Below are positions 1 to 10,969 of a stretch of 64,000 nt of DNA, piece by piece. Positions within the stretch are counted from its first letter, which is position 1. The number at the start of each line of letters is the position of its first letter. Under the pieces are notes generated by a model. It ran no database searches and had not been told where the DNA came from. It saw nothing but the letters and a program-made list of their open reading frames with translations. Origin of the DNA: a virus (Duplodnaviria; Caudoviricetes); IMG/VR virus record IMGVR_UViG_3300043959_000228; one strand, 5' to 3'. A program made the position numbers and the translations under genes.

Positions 1-20
1 ACCAAGGAGATTATGGATTC

Positions 21-461
21 ATGACACCAGATGAGCTGCAATTTCTAGAGAAGGCGGGCGCATTAGATCCACGACCCTATGAGAGAACCCTTCGTGAGAA
101 GCATGATGAGAAAGCGTCGATACGACCAGTATTGCCAGTAAAGACTATGATTATCATAGCCATTCTCACCATTATTGCAGCTATAGGATTATCATCAACT
201 CTCGATGGATTAGCTCCATACGCGACTATCTCACAGAACAAGGACTTAATGTCCTACCTCGAGATGAGTAGCTCGAATGGCACTAGTGCGGACATATCAA
301 GTGAGGCAGATACAGCTAATCAAGTCTATGGTATGAGAACAGGAATCGTTACCGGTATTATAATTCTTGGTGTGATTATCGAGGCTATCATGATCACGAC
401 ATGGTTTATTCGTTGTAAGTTATGGGAGGATCATCATGGCCAGTCCATCATTGAGGAATAA
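21..461 (+). CDS. Hypothetical membrane protein (2 predicted TM segments)
   Basis: ORF with AAGGAG SD upstream; two hydrophobic stretches. Confidence 0.7.
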   Translation: MTPDELQFLEKAGALDPRPYERTLREKHDEKASIRPVLPVKTMIIIAILTIIAAIGLSSTLDGLAPYATISQNKDLMSYLEMSSSNGTSADISSEADTANQVYGMRTGIVTGIIILGVIIEAIMITTWFIRCKLWEDHHGQSIIEE

Positions 462-1182
462 TAAGACTAAGAAGCCAGTTTCATCGAAGAATCCTAATAC
501 ACGTAAGAGTATTATCAGAATCGTCATTATGGCCGTCACTATGGTTGTGATCATTATTGCTCTCATTGTGGGTGTCGTGTACACGAGTAGTAGGACTCCT
601 ACAAGTACATCTTCTAACGGAGAACCATCATCCTCATCATCTACTGCAATGCCGTCAAATGCATCAGCGAGTGCAGCGAAATGGTTCATATCAGTATTGA
701 AAGATTATGACGGGTCCATGAAGAATGGTTATCTACAATCAGACTCAGCGACAAAAGACCTTGCATCGATGGCTAATGGAGACTATTCTACTGTACCTCA
801 GAAAATTCAGAATGCCTTCTACTGGTCGTCTGACGCTCAGAAGGATAGTAAGACCATCGATTTTAATACCTTGAAGGCCGCTGGATACACTGCTATAATG
901 TCAGCATGGCAGTTACGATACACCGCTTTAGAGAATAATAAGAGTTTCTCCTACGATGATAATCTTATTTATGTAGATAAGACGCATAACACCGTGACCA
1001 TACCGGCAGAGGCTTGGTGTGGATTGCCAGCAGAGTTGACGATCCAATTAGTGTGGAATGGATCTGAGTGGAGGATTAATGGCGCCGATACGGCCATACC
1101 TGTAACGGCTAAAGTGCGAGCGTCACAATTACAGAGCATCATTAGCTCTAAATCGTCGAGTGATACTAGCTCATCGAAGTAA
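436..1182 (+). CDS. Membrane-anchored extracellular protein (Ser-rich linker)
   Basis: Basic N-terminus, single TM, Ser/Thr-rich linker; overlaps upstream ORF in operon fashion. Confidence 0.7.
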   Translation: MASPSLRNNKTKKPVSSKNPNTRKSIIRIVIMAVTMVVIIIALIVGVVYTSSRTPTSTSSNGEPSSSSSTAMPSNASASAAKWFISVLKDYDGSMKNGYLQSDSATKDLASMANGDYSTVPQKIQNAFYWSSDAQKDSKTIDFNTLKAAGYTAIMSAWQLRYTALENNKSFSYDDNLIYVDKTHNTVTIPAEAWCGLPAELTIQLVWNGSEWRINGADTAIPVTAKVRASQLQSIISSKSSSDTSSSK

Positions 1183-1194
1183 GGATAGCATATT

Positions 1195-2292
1195 ATGAAG
1201 ACAGTGCAACGATCATTAATGGAATTCCTACGTAGGAATTCCATGGTCTTGACGATCATTACGGCGGCCTTCATCGTCATTGAAGGATCTATAGCTTGGT
1301 TTTATCCCTCCTCATGGTGGAAACCTTTAGGATTATTCGCCGGATTGGCTGTTCTTGTGTTAGTCTGGTCGAATATTAAAGTGGTGATTAAGGTCGTCGT
1401 ATCTATTGTAGCCATGATTTTTCTCATGGCCGCTGCGGTCATCACTGGATCAGCATATAGTGGAAGTTCCATTGGCGGATCGACTTGGGCGTTATCACTA
1501 GCTTTCTGCTGGGCATGCATACTTACCATATCGTATTATACGGCATCATCTAAATCACGATGGACGGCGGCTATCCTTGGTGCAGTGATTGCTTTCAGTT
1601 CTTCATACATGTTGCTTCCAGTTCGGAATATGCTTATAATCATGCTGGCAGGATTCAGTATTGGTTTGCTTTCCGGAGTCGGCTTCCTCAAGATTGGTAG
1701 TCTCCGCGTACGATCAAAACGTGGATTACGAGTATGCCAAGACGATGATATGCTTATACGATCGAAGAAAATTATGTCAAGTCTTTGGCCTGATGCCGAA
1801 ATGCATACGATAAAGATCACCAGGCATCGTTATGGAGGTGTCTGGTTTGGCGTAGGCATGCCTATCGTTGTCATTCTGCCATTAGATCTTAGTGAAGGGC
1901 TAGAAGAGCACAAGCGTAGAGGATTCTCATATAGGGGTAGATTCATAAAAAACAATCTTCAATGGCTTGATTCAAGGATACACTTGCTTGTGCATCGACC
2001 TGAGCCGGTGTCATTATTGCTTGATAGTCGATCAGCTAACATCAAAACACGAGAGGATCCTGGTATCATATCGTATCCAATGTTGAATAGCAATCATGTA
2101 GGATTCTTTGGATTGATTAGCGTTCCTAAACGAGATCAACAATTCAAGAAGATGGTAGGATTATGTGTTTCAAGGTTTGACGGAGTCCAATATTGCACTG
2201 ATAGGGATGTGAAACGACTCCATCGTAAGATGACCCGTAAACACCTGTCTGATATCTTTACCATACGTACTACTAATAAACCGAAGGATTGA
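1195..2292 (+). CDS. Multi-pass membrane protein with soluble C-terminal domain
   Basis: About 5-6 hydrophobic segments in the N-half; AAGGA SD. Confidence 0.7.
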   Translation: MKTVQRSLMEFLRRNSMVLTIITAAFIVIEGSIAWFYPSSWWKPLGLFAGLAVLVLVWSNIKVVIKVVVSIVAMIFLMAAAVITGSAYSGSSIGGSTWALSLAFCWACILTISYYTASSKSRWTAAILGAVIAFSSSYMLLPVRNMLIIMLAGFSIGLLSGVGFLKIGSLRVRSKRGLRVCQDDDMLIRSKKIMSSLWPDAEMHTIKITRHRYGGVWFGVGMPIVVILPLDLSEGLEEHKRRGFSYRGRFIKNNLQWLDSRIHLLVHRPEPVSLLLDSRSANIKTREDPGIISYPMLNSNHVGFFGLISVPKRDQQFKKMVGLCVSRFDGVQYCTDRDVKRLHRKMTRKHLSDIFTIRTTNKPKD

Positions 2293-3203
2293 TAATGCCT
2301 GATTATATGGATCAATTAGTTGATGCTCAGACGCAACTTGATTTAGCTGACGCTGAATCACGTAAGACGAAGAGTAAGGAACATGATAAGAATAAGGCCC
2401 TGCTTGATGAAGGAGCCATGACCGTCGAGGCAGCTAGACGAATCACTGATTCTATTAAGGCCGCTTCAACCGCGACTTGGATTCTTATTAAGCGAGCACA
2501 TGATGGCAAGGCTTGGAAATCACTTGATTATGATACTTGGGCTGAGTATGTTACGAGCGAATTCAATATATCGTCTAGCAGGTCGTATCAGCTGATTAAT
2601 CAAGCTAATGTTATCTCTGACTTAGAGGCCGTTGCTCCAGAAGGCACTCATTTGATGCTAACAGAAGCTCAGACTAGAGACATCAAGGATACCTTGCCAA
2701 AGATTACCGAGAAGATCAAGAATCAGACATCATCACATGATGATCCTAGTGTGACCGCTGACAAGATTAATAAGATCGTAGAAGAGGAACGATCAACTAT
2801 TAAGAGTGACGCCGCTATGGACACTAAGGACGAGCCCGTCAATGAGGATACGAAGAATGACGCCTTTCAGGATCTTGACAGTAAAGGATCAGCACCGAAA
2901 CCTGATAGAATGTCTGCTAAGAGTTCTGGATCGACCGCCGACGATCCTATCGACCTTGATGCCGATCTACCAGAGGATGATTTCACCGATCAGCTTAACG
3001 ATTACTCAGACGTATCATCTGATGATATGAATGAGGATCAACAGACCATGAGTTATCTATTCAGTTATTTCGACATGCTATCAGACTCTAGTAAGGTTGC
3101 TAAGACGTTTAACGGTGATCTTAAAACTACGAAGACTCAGGTTGATAAAATCATCAAATGGTTCACTGATTTTAGACGTCAGCTAGGCCGATCTAAGAAT
3201 TGA
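2289..3203 (+). CDS. Hypothetical protein, probable helical DNA-binding domain plus acidic tail
   Basis: AWKSLDYDTWAEYVTSEFNISSSRSYQLI resembles a motif common in phage/plasmid DNA-binding proteins. Confidence 0.55.
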   Translation: MIMPDYMDQLVDAQTQLDLADAESRKTKSKEHDKNKALLDEGAMTVEAARRITDSIKAASTATWILIKRAHDGKAWKSLDYDTWAEYVTSEFNISSSRSYQLINQANVISDLEAVAPEGTHLMLTEAQTRDIKDTLPKITEKIKNQTSSHDDPSVTADKINKIVEEERSTIKSDAAMDTKDEPVNEDTKNDAFQDLDSKGSAPKPDRMSAKSSGSTADDPIDLDADLPEDDFTDQLNDYSDVSSDDMNEDQQTMSYLFSYFDMLSDSSKVAKTFNGDLKTTKTQVDKIIKWFTDFRRQLGRSKN

Positions 3204-4550
3204 TCGTACTTTCTGCATTCGTTCATTAATTTCGAGTTCGTGTCCACGATTGGTTGGATGATAATACTCTACTCCTTCTAAGCCCTCAGGCATGTATTCT
3301 TGAGGGCTTACAGCGTGAGGATAATCGTGAGCATATTGATATCCGGCGCCGTATCCGTCCTTTCGTTTCTGAGCATTCGTCGCATTACGAAGATGTAATG
3401 GGACTCCCTCTCCAATGCGATTATCCACATCATCTAATGCTTGATTCATGGCAAGATAGGAGGCGTTTGATTTTGGAGCTGTCGCCACGGCAATGATAGC
3501 CTCAGATAATGGAATACGAGCCTCTGGCATACCAATCATGTCTACTGCCTGTGCTGCAGATGTGCATATTGTCAACACCTCAGGTGCAGCCAATCCGACT
3601 TCTTCAGCAGCCGCGATGATCACACGTCTCGCAATGAATCTTGGGTCCTCTCCACCTCGAAGCATCATCGCTGCATAATGAAGGGCGGCATCTGGATTTG
3701 ATCCCCTCATTGATTTGATGAACGCGCTCGCGTAATCATAATGTTGATCTCCACCTCGATCATAATTAACACCAGCAGAAGATAAGATGTCGTTGACTAT
3801 ATCAGCAGTGATCACCTTATCATGGGCTAACGCTGAATTAGATGCAGCCTCAAGCATCACTAGAACTTTACGACCATCACCGCCAGATGATCTAATAATC
3901 ATATCGATAGACGTCTTATCAATCGTAACGGTGTCATGCAATCCTCTCGGATCATGTAACGCAGTATCAATGATCAATCGTAAATCATCATCAGTCAATG
4001 CTTCTAATCGAACGATAACCGATCGTGAAATCAATGGACGAATAACCGCGTAACTAGGATTCTCCGTTGTAGCGGCAATAAATGTGACGTCCCTATTCTC
4101 TACACCAGGTAGTAATGCATCTTGCTGATTCTTAGAGAATCGATGGATCTCATCAATGAATAGGATGGTCTCTAATCCAGTAGATTGATATGTCTTCTTA
4201 GCGTTAGCTATCGATTCTTTAACGTCCTTCACGCTAGCACTTGTAGCTGATAATTCAATAAATTTTCGATGAGATTGCTTGGCTATGACATGAGCAATAG
4301 TCGTTTTTCCAACTCCTGGAGGTCCGTACAATATAATAGAGCTTGGCGCTGTGACCATGCTCTCATCTACAGGCATAGCCATACGTCGTAAAGGAGAGCC
4401 TGGTGTAAGAGCTTGTCGTTGACCTACAATTTCATCAAGATTCGTTGGTCTCATTCTGATAGCGAGAGGATCATGCATCGTTGGTGCATCATCGTCAGGA
4501 GATACATTGTGATCTATAGGTCGAGTAAAAAGATTCATAGTAGCATCCAT
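3183..4550 (-). CDS. rarA: Replication-associated recombination protein A (RarA/MgsA AAA+ ATPase)
   Basis: PLAIRMRP, Walker A GPPGVGKTT, Walker B FIDEIHRF, ATTENP, SAFIKSMRGS, C-terminal GYQYAHD. Confidence 0.95.
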   Translation of the reverse strand: MDATMNLFTRPIDHNVSPDDDAPTMHDPLAIRMRPTNLDEIVGQRQALTPGSPLRRMAMPVDESMVTAPSSIILYGPPGVGKTTIAHVIAKQSHRKFIELSATSASVKDVKESIANAKKTYQSTGLETILFIDEIHRFSKNQQDALLPGVENRDVTFIAATTENPSYAVIRPLISRSVIVRLEALTDDDLRLIIDTALHDPRGLHDTVTIDKTSIDMIIRSSGGDGRKVLVMLEAASNSALAHDKVITADIVNDILSSAGVNYDRGGDQHYDYASAFIKSMRGSNPDAALHYAAMMLRGGEDPRFIARRVIIAAAEEVGLAAPEVLTICTSAAQAVDMIGMPEARIPLSEAIIAVATAPKSNASYLAMNQALDDVDNRIGEGVPLHLRNATNAQKRKDGYGAGYQYAHDYPHAVSPQEYMPEGLEGVEYYHPTNRGHELEINERMQKVRSILRSA

Positions 4551-4599
4551 AATATGACATTATACCTGCGATATCAGGCTCTAGTGATATATAGATATT

Positions 4600-6246
4600 A
4601 TGGCTTTACCGAAGAGAGGATCGAATCACTCTAATTCTAATGAGTTGAATCCAGATGATCGTAATGCAGGCATGCCTATGCCGATGCCCATGCCTGAACC
4701 TGTTGACGATCAATCATTGCGTCCAGCAGATCCTGTATCACAGCCTCATCCCCAATATCAGGCACCTCAGACTCCAGATCCGTCTCCGTATCTTGATTAT
4801 GATGACGAGGATGAAGACGATTTTGATCCACTGGCCTTTAGCGGACAGAATAATCAACAGAATGATAATGATTTTGATGAAGTATTGTCTCCTGAGGATA
4901 TTCAACAACGTGTAGACAATCAACAGCAGATGCAAGTACCGTTGACCACGCCAGCACAAACATCTCAATATCAGGAATCTTATCAAGCCTCTGAGGAACC
5001 ATTATATGATCCTAGGACCATGAGGAATCAAAAGCAAGAATACGATAATCCAGTTAATCCACGCCCGCAAATGCCAGACAATCAGGATGTACAGGGCGAG
5101 AGGATGGTCCAACGGATTCAGGAGGCTGAGGATAGAGCTGTCAATCATGCCCAACAACGTGCTGCCGAGGACTCCAGGGATGTGCGTCGATCACATAAAT
5201 CTTCTTTGAGTGAGACGGTGTCTCTTAAGGACGCTGAGAAGAAAGCGAAGATGTATCGTATAGGCGCGTTAGTCGTTGTAGTCATTATTCTGATTCTAGC
5301 CGTATATCAAACGGTCATACCGAAGAAGACACTTTCTGAGAGTGATGTACAGACCATAGCAGCTCAGACTTATAATGACACAGGATTCCCATTGCAGTCT
5401 GGTAGTGGATTAGTTCAACAATTCATGACGGCTTATCTACAGGCCGATGGAAGTTCTTCTGCTTCACAGATGATTGACACGTTCTATAATGGCATGTCAT
5501 TTGCTGATGCCTCAAAGACTGAGAAGGGCGGGAATACATCAAATTATCCTAATATCACTGTTCCTAGTGATATTCAGCAAAAGATTGAATATGGTCCATA
5601 TGTCTATGAAGCGAAAGCGCTAGCTAGTAATGGCACCACAGCGACGTATCGTGTTGGCGCGTTAGTTTATCATCTTGATAACAATGGTCAGCCAATACAG
5701 AATACGGACACGAATACGACACAATATGACTGGGTATTCTATCAGGTTGATTTATCGTATAACGCTAAGACCGAGAAGTACACGGTGTTCCAGAACTCAC
5801 CTACACGAGTTGCGCCACCTACTATGAGTCAGGCTACTAGTGGCGATGATAATTATCTGCTCCCTGGAGATAAGACTGAGGCCAAGAGTTTAGAGAACTC
5901 TGCTGTTGATGATCTTGTTAAACAGTTCATGCAGGCTTGGGCTGCATCTGATTCATCCGCCTTATCACCATTGACATCGAAGCAGAGCACGGCTGATACG
6001 AAGACCGGGTTACATGGCACCGTTACACTTAATGGTAATCCAGAGTATAAGGTATACGGTCATCCATCAGACGATAATTATTATCGTGTACTCGTAACGG
6101 TCCAGTGGAATCAGAAAGTCACTGATCAATCGAATATCGTGCAGAAGTCGACATATGTTCTCAAGATGAGTAAAGACGGTGAGAATTTGTCCATCATCGA
6201 TATTCAACCATATCCATGGTATCCGCAACAAAAGAGTGACGATTAG
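4600..6246 (+). CDS. Conjugal transfer protein, TcpC-like (VirB8-like)
   Basis: Long acidic/Pro-Gln N-region, single TM, two tandem NTF2-like segments (VQQFMTAYL; LVKQFMQAWA...VTVQW...STYVLKM); adjacent pilin-like gene. Confidence 0.75.
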   Translation: MALPKRGSNHSNSNELNPDDRNAGMPMPMPMPEPVDDQSLRPADPVSQPHPQYQAPQTPDPSPYLDYDDEDEDDFDPLAFSGQNNQQNDNDFDEVLSPEDIQQRVDNQQQMQVPLTTPAQTSQYQESYQASEEPLYDPRTMRNQKQEYDNPVNPRPQMPDNQDVQGERMVQRIQEAEDRAVNHAQQRAAEDSRDVRRSHKSSLSETVSLKDAEKKAKMYRIGALVVVVIILILAVYQTVIPKKTLSESDVQTIAAQTYNDTGFPLQSGSGLVQQFMTAYLQADGSSSASQMIDTFYNGMSFADASKTEKGGNTSNYPNITVPSDIQQKIEYGPYVYEAKALASNGTTATYRVGALVYHLDNNGQPIQNTDTNTTQYDWVFYQVDLSYNAKTEKYTVFQNSPTRVAPPTMSQATSGDDNYLLPGDKTEAKSLENSAVDDLVKQFMQAWAASDSSALSPLTSKQSTADTKTGLHGTVTLNGNPEYKVYGHPSDDNYYRVLVTVQWNQKVTDQSNIVQKSTYVLKMSKDGENLSIIDIQPYPWYPQQKSDD

Positions 6247-6300
6247 AAAATCTTAGTGATATCTAATGTTTGTCAAACAGATTAGCAAGGAGATAACCTC

Positions 6301-6609
6301 ATGTTAAACAACGTCTTATACACGCCAGAGTTCAACTCACTGATTCTCGGAGCAGGATTGAACGATCTTTGGAATAGCGTCAGAGACAACTGGATCGGAC
6401 CAGTGTTCTTCGCAGCCGTCGCTGTTGGAGCATTCATGTTCATCAAGAGCCAGCAGATCACAAAGTTGATCATGTTCCTCGTCGTAGCATCTTTAGTCGG
6501 CGTACTGATCTTCTTCGGTGATGCATTATTCGGCGCTAATGGATCTCTTAGCAGAATGTTCAAGGGCACATCTACTAATGTTGGTAACAGTAATTCTGAC
6601 GGTATCTAA
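6301..6609 (+). CDS. Small two-TM protein, TcpD/VirB2-like pilin candidate
   Basis: 102 aa with two hydrophobic helices; strong AAGGAG SD; follows the TcpC-like gene. Confidence 0.6.
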   Translation: MLNNVLYTPEFNSLILGAGLNDLWNSVRDNWIGPVFFAAVAVGAFMFIKSQQITKLIMFLVVASLVGVLIFFGDALFGANGSLSRMFKGTSTNVGNSNSDGI

Positions 6610-6673
6610 ACCATCTTTACGTTGTCCAACGTCTCCTTGTCTTATCTCGATTCTACGATGATATCTTATCATC

Positions 6674-7081
6674 ATGAACGCCAATAAGAACGGATTACGT
6701 AAAGACCTATCATATGTGGCGAGTTTATCTAAGGAATTAGATGACTCGCCACAATCATATGACGATGAACAGGACATCCAGAATGCTAGTAGTGATTCAC
6801 TATCACAATTCATGGACGTTGATACTGATCAGCAGGACGATGATTTAGAAGACGATTTCTTATCATCGGCTATAGGTCAATCATTACCGCAGAATTTCCT
6901 ATCATCAACATTCGAAGATGACGAAATTAACGTATCAGAGTTATTGACTACTTTGAATCGATTATATCAATCGTATCCAGTTAGTCAACGATTGCATATT
7001 CCGCTACGAGTATCTGGAGAAGGAACGCACATCGTCAACGTTAGATCTACTAGTGATGAGGTTATCATAACCTTAGGATGA
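6674..7081 (+). CDS. Hypothetical acidic protein
   Basis: ORF preceded by ATATCT-N7-ATG. Confidence 0.65.
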   Translation: MNANKNGLRKDLSYVASLSKELDDSPQSYDDEQDIQNASSDSLSQFMDVDTDQQDDDLEDDFLSSAIGQSLPQNFLSSTFEDDEINVSELLTTLNRLYQSYPVSQRLHIPLRVSGEGTHIVNVRSTSDEVIITLG

Positions 7082-7093
7082 CGAGGAGATCTT

Positions 7094-8377
7094 ATGAGTA
7101 ATATGTACGGTATAGCATTAAAGGGTATACATCGTGGTGAATACACTTTATGTAGAGCTTCTGATATCACAACCTGTTCATATCATGATCAATCAAGTCA
7201 TCGAAATATGACGAAAGATGAAGTAGATGCCGAGAATGAAGCAATTATTGCCAAATTGTCAACACCAAAGAAACTAGGAAGAAAATTATCAAGTCTAGCA
7301 TTCTCCGATAGGCGCTCAGCGTCCGTACATTCTCGATCAGCTATTAAGAAAACCTTAGCCGTTGTACTTACCAGCGCGTCATTATGGTCGTTGGCAGCGT
7401 GCGGCCCTCAGCAAACATCAGCCGCATCTACACCAGAACCCTCAACATCAACATCGCAATCTACAGATGGATCATATCAGGAGTACTATGACCAGGCATC
7501 GCAGGGTGCGAAGAGTACCGAGAACGATATCACGTCATCTAAGGCTTATCAAGACGCCAAGAAGAAATTACAAGAATTAAAAAGCTCAGATGCCTATAAA
7601 TATCTTAAAGATTCAGCTTCGTATAAACAGCTTGAGAAAAGTCTCGAAGATACGTTATCATCATATGATCAATCTTCATCAGACGCTACCTCGTCATCGG
7701 GTTCATCCTCATCAACCACATCCTCGGATGCACAGGCCTTATCCTCGTGGTCATCATCAGTAGCGCCAGATTATTATAAAAGTACTGGTTCTGCTGTCCT
7801 ACCATCTACATTACTGCCATCAGGACAATCTGATTACCAAGGATTGGACAGCTTAGGAAGAACTGGATATGCTCATGCAACGCTTAACACGACGATGCGC
7901 TCAGAAGCGAAGGCCCGTGGACGCCAGGAATTTGATAGCACGGCAGACGATGTATCCGGTCTAAAGAATCCAGTCACTGGCCAATCAAATAATTTCAAAA
8001 TGACGAAAACCGGTCTTCATGGATCAACAGGATACTTCTACAATAAGTCACACCTTATCGCTGACTCTTTAGGTGGTAAACCAACAAGAACCAATCTAAT
8101 TACTGGTACTAGGATGCAAAATGTAGGATATAATGGTGGTACACCTGGTGGCATGGCCTATACCGAGACGAAAGCAAGATCGTATCTAGACACTCATCCT
8201 AATGGGACTCTAGCGTATTACGTCCAACCAATCTATCAGGGTAATGAGATCGTTCCTAGGGGTGTAACGGTAGATATGAGGTCCTCTGATTCAGAATTGA
8301 ATGAGCACGTAATCGTCTGGAATTATTGTGATGGATACACTATTGATTATACAACTGGTGCAGTTACAAGGAACTAA
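7094..8377 (+). CDS. DNA/RNA non-specific (His-Me finger) endonuclease, lipoprotein-like, with N-terminal CCHH module
   Basis: GLDSLGRTG, FYNKSHLIADSLGG, NLITGTRMQN, YQGNEIVPRGV (EndA/streptodornase-type); internal lipobox-like SLAAC; N-terminal CRASDITTCSYH. Confidence 0.85.
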   Translation: MSNMYGIALKGIHRGEYTLCRASDITTCSYHDQSSHRNMTKDEVDAENEAIIAKLSTPKKLGRKLSSLAFSDRRSASVHSRSAIKKTLAVVLTSASLWSLAACGPQQTSAASTPEPSTSTSQSTDGSYQEYYDQASQGAKSTENDITSSKAYQDAKKKLQELKSSDAYKYLKDSASYKQLEKSLEDTLSSYDQSSSDATSSSGSSSSTTSSDAQALSSWSSSVAPDYYKSTGSAVLPSTLLPSGQSDYQGLDSLGRTGYAHATLNTTMRSEAKARGRQEFDSTADDVSGLKNPVTGQSNNFKMTKTGLHGSTGYFYNKSHLIADSLGGKPTRTNLITGTRMQNVGYNGGTPGGMAYTETKARSYLDTHPNGTLAYYVQPIYQGNEIVPRGVTVDMRSSDSELNEHVIVWNYCDGYTIDYTTGAVTRN

Positions 8378-8432
8378 AATAGGTATCGTGATATCTTATT
8401 GTTACAAAAAAACAATGAGAGGAGAGCGTTTT

Positions 8433-9101
8433 ATGGCCCTGTTAAAAGCCTACAAGAATTTAGATTTACGTCCTAATGGCGTTGATTCTTTAGGTCGTCT
8501 GACAGCGTTAGAGGAAAGATCAATACGAGATCAATTCAATGACATCTATGGTAAGGATAGATTGAATCTTGATTTACGACGGTTAGACTTAGCAGTGGCT
8601 TCGTCAATAGGATTATCCCCATGGCAGCTTATGATTACGATTCGATCTAAGGAATTACCTCGACTGGATAGGAATGATGACCCTGAAACCATCATAGGAG
8701 TGATGATTGGTCATTTAGCTTCAAAGAACGATCGAGCTACGTTGAAAACTTTTCTGCCAATTCGACAGACACTGCCATTCAAACCACAAATAGACGCCGC
8801 CGTTGACGCGTCACCATCGATTCTCATTATTGACGCCTTTTACAATGATAGCTCTTATCCCATAGCAACCATGACGGCTTTCCTATTACGCAAAGTGCAG
8901 GCATCACGTTTCGGACATTGTATGACGTTCCTTTTCTGGCCTTCGACACGTATAGACGTCAAATTAGGTACACAGTTAGTCAAATTCGGTTATAGGCCAT
9001 ATGGTATTATGAATTTTAGAGCAATACAGGACGCGATCTTTAAGAATGGCAAATGTTTAGCCATGTGGACAAGTAAGACAAAAGACTCTAGAGAAGGATA
9101 A
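8433..9101 (+). CDS. Hypothetical protein (possible divergent GNAT-like fold)
   Basis: Start moved to ATG 8433 after the AGGAG SD; the fold guess is weak. Confidence 0.5.
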   Translation: MALLKAYKNLDLRPNGVDSLGRLTALEERSIRDQFNDIYGKDRLNLDLRRLDLAVASSIGLSPWQLMITIRSKELPRLDRNDDPETIIGVMIGHLASKNDRATLKTFLPIRQTLPFKPQIDAAVDASPSILIIDAFYNDSSYPIATMTAFLLRKVQASRFGHCMTFLFWPSTRIDVKLGTQLVKFGYRPYGIMNFRAIQDAIFKNGKCLAMWTSKTKDSREG

Positions 9102-9106
9102 TAACC

Positions 9107-9763
9107 ATGATTGAAACAACGATCAATAAGATCAAGCAGATATACACTAAGAAGTCATCGTATCTGATAATTGGATCTATTATTACAGGTGTATTATTCA
9201 TCATCGATATTATTGCGGACGTTACGCTAGGATCTGGCAAGAATTGGGCCAATTATATTAGATGCGTCCTTGCTTTACTTACAGCCGTTCCACTATTCTC
9301 AACAGGATATATGATTGCTCTCAAACAGCATGATGGGCAGGTAGAGAAAGCTATTGATACTGGAACGGAATATGTTGAATGGAGATTACGTTTCTCATAT
9401 AGGAAGCGCTTGCAGCATAGTATCATCGTTGGAGCTTGCTTAGCGTTACTGGGTATTATCACGAGCTATACAAGAGTGTACACTATATCGGCTGCCGTTA
9501 TTCTCGCCGGAGGATTCGCGTTAATCGTATATTGTCGTCTTACTAACGATGAACGGACTCTCAAGAATTATGGTGTACCCGACCCTAGGGATGTGCTGGA
9601 TGACAGTGAGGAAGCCGAAGCTCAATTAGCCGATGAGGCTAAACAGGAGCTTAAAGACGAGATTAAACGGAAGAAGAAGGGTCAGGATACTGAGGAAGAT
9701 AATGATGACCAATCATCTGATGACTCAGATGATACGACTAAGCATAATGTTTGGAAGCTATGA
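9107..9763 (+). CDS. Four-TM membrane protein with acidic tail
   Basis: Four hydrophobic segments. Confidence 0.7.
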   Translation: MIETTINKIKQIYTKKSSYLIIGSIITGVLFIIDIIADVTLGSGKNWANYIRCVLALLTAVPLFSTGYMIALKQHDGQVEKAIDTGTEYVEWRLRFSYRKRLQHSIIVGACLALLGIITSYTRVYTISAAVILAGGFALIVYCRLTNDERTLKNYGVPDPRDVLDDSEEAEAQLADEAKQELKDEIKRKKKGQDTEEDNDDQSSDDSDDTTKHNVWKL

Positions 9764-9886
9764 TCATGACGTATCGTCATTGATGAATATTGAGGAATCG
9801 CTATAGCTGTCTACAATTATGGATATAGTCCTGATAGATACATATCGTAGTAAACTTATTCACCTGATCTACGGAGGTTATTTCTT

Positions 9887-10921
9887 ATGAGTTCTAATAC
9901 TAAGAGAGTATATGGAAGAACGCCAGATGGACGTATGACACCATGTAATGCTCAGGATCCTAGAACATGTCGATATCACGTTCACGATGTAGCTCATGTG
10001 TCCCTAACAGCAGATCAAGCAAATAAGATGAATGAGGCCTTGGCCGCTGAGAAGTATCAGTCATCATCTAAAAAGCTGAAACGAGAATCATCAAAGATCA
10101 ACGATTTGGTGAATCAGCCAATTAACGATGTCATTACGATATCTGATAGCGACTTTATGAAGCTTGATGAGGAACTTGATCAAGTCATTCACGATGCTAA
10201 TGATCGTAAGGCTATCACAGAACCATCTCAATATGCTGATATTGATGCTATAGACTATTCTGTTGACAAGCCTGGTGAATCTGAAATTACATGGATGCAA
10301 TCATCTGTCGACCTTAGGGGTCTACCATTAAAAGAGGGGGAGTCTGAAGCCGCCTATGAGGCTCTTAGTAGAGTGAACGATCATCATCGTGACGATGCTA
10401 ATGATTCTACTCCAAGCCCTCTACAGGAAAGATTGATGCAAACTCTTGCATATGATCCGAATATCTCGCAGGATACTCAGGCGGCCTTAGCCCATGACGC
10501 TGACACTATGAGATATGGTGCTAGGACGCTAGTCAATAGCCCATTCGTGACTGATGACCATAAACGTGAGGCTTTTAACACGAGTCCGGCATCAGCATTA
10601 GAGTCTCCATCACTTCCAGGTGACTGCGCTAATCAAATGCTAACATCTGACAACCCATACACTCGTAATGGACAGCCAGTAGATCATCAAGCCGTGTTAA
10701 ACGCTCTTCATCATCCGAATGCTGATCCTAAAATGATTTACGATTATGTCAGAGCGAATAATGATGACGACCAGGCTAAATGGGCAGTGTCCTTAAATCC
10801 TAATGAATCTGTCATTGAGGCTGTGCACGATTATGACGTAGAGGACAACGGGACCGATACGATTATCGTTGATGATCCGAAGAACGACGATACGTCTGAA
10901 TGGCACGATTTCCTGGATTAA
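9887..10921 (+). CDS. Protein with N-terminal CCHH module and C-terminal LRV-like (xxHPN/NPN) helical repeats
   Basis: CNAQDPRTCRYH...H; repeats LAYDPN, LESPS, LHHPN, SLNPN; GGAGG SD. Confidence 0.7.
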   Translation: MSSNTKRVYGRTPDGRMTPCNAQDPRTCRYHVHDVAHVSLTADQANKMNEALAAEKYQSSSKKLKRESSKINDLVNQPINDVITISDSDFMKLDEELDQVIHDANDRKAITEPSQYADIDAIDYSVDKPGESEITWMQSSVDLRGLPLKEGESEAAYEALSRVNDHHRDDANDSTPSPLQERLMQTLAYDPNISQDTQAALAHDADTMRYGARTLVNSPFVTDDHKREAFNTSPASALESPSLPGDCANQMLTSDNPYTRNGQPVDHQAVLNALHHPNADPKMIYDYVRANNDDDQAKWAVSLNPNESVIEAVHDYDVEDNGTDTIIVDDPKNDDTSEWHDFLD

Positions 10922-10969
10922 AGAAGATTAACTAGTAGAACTTCGTAGCCATATGGTACCATATATCAT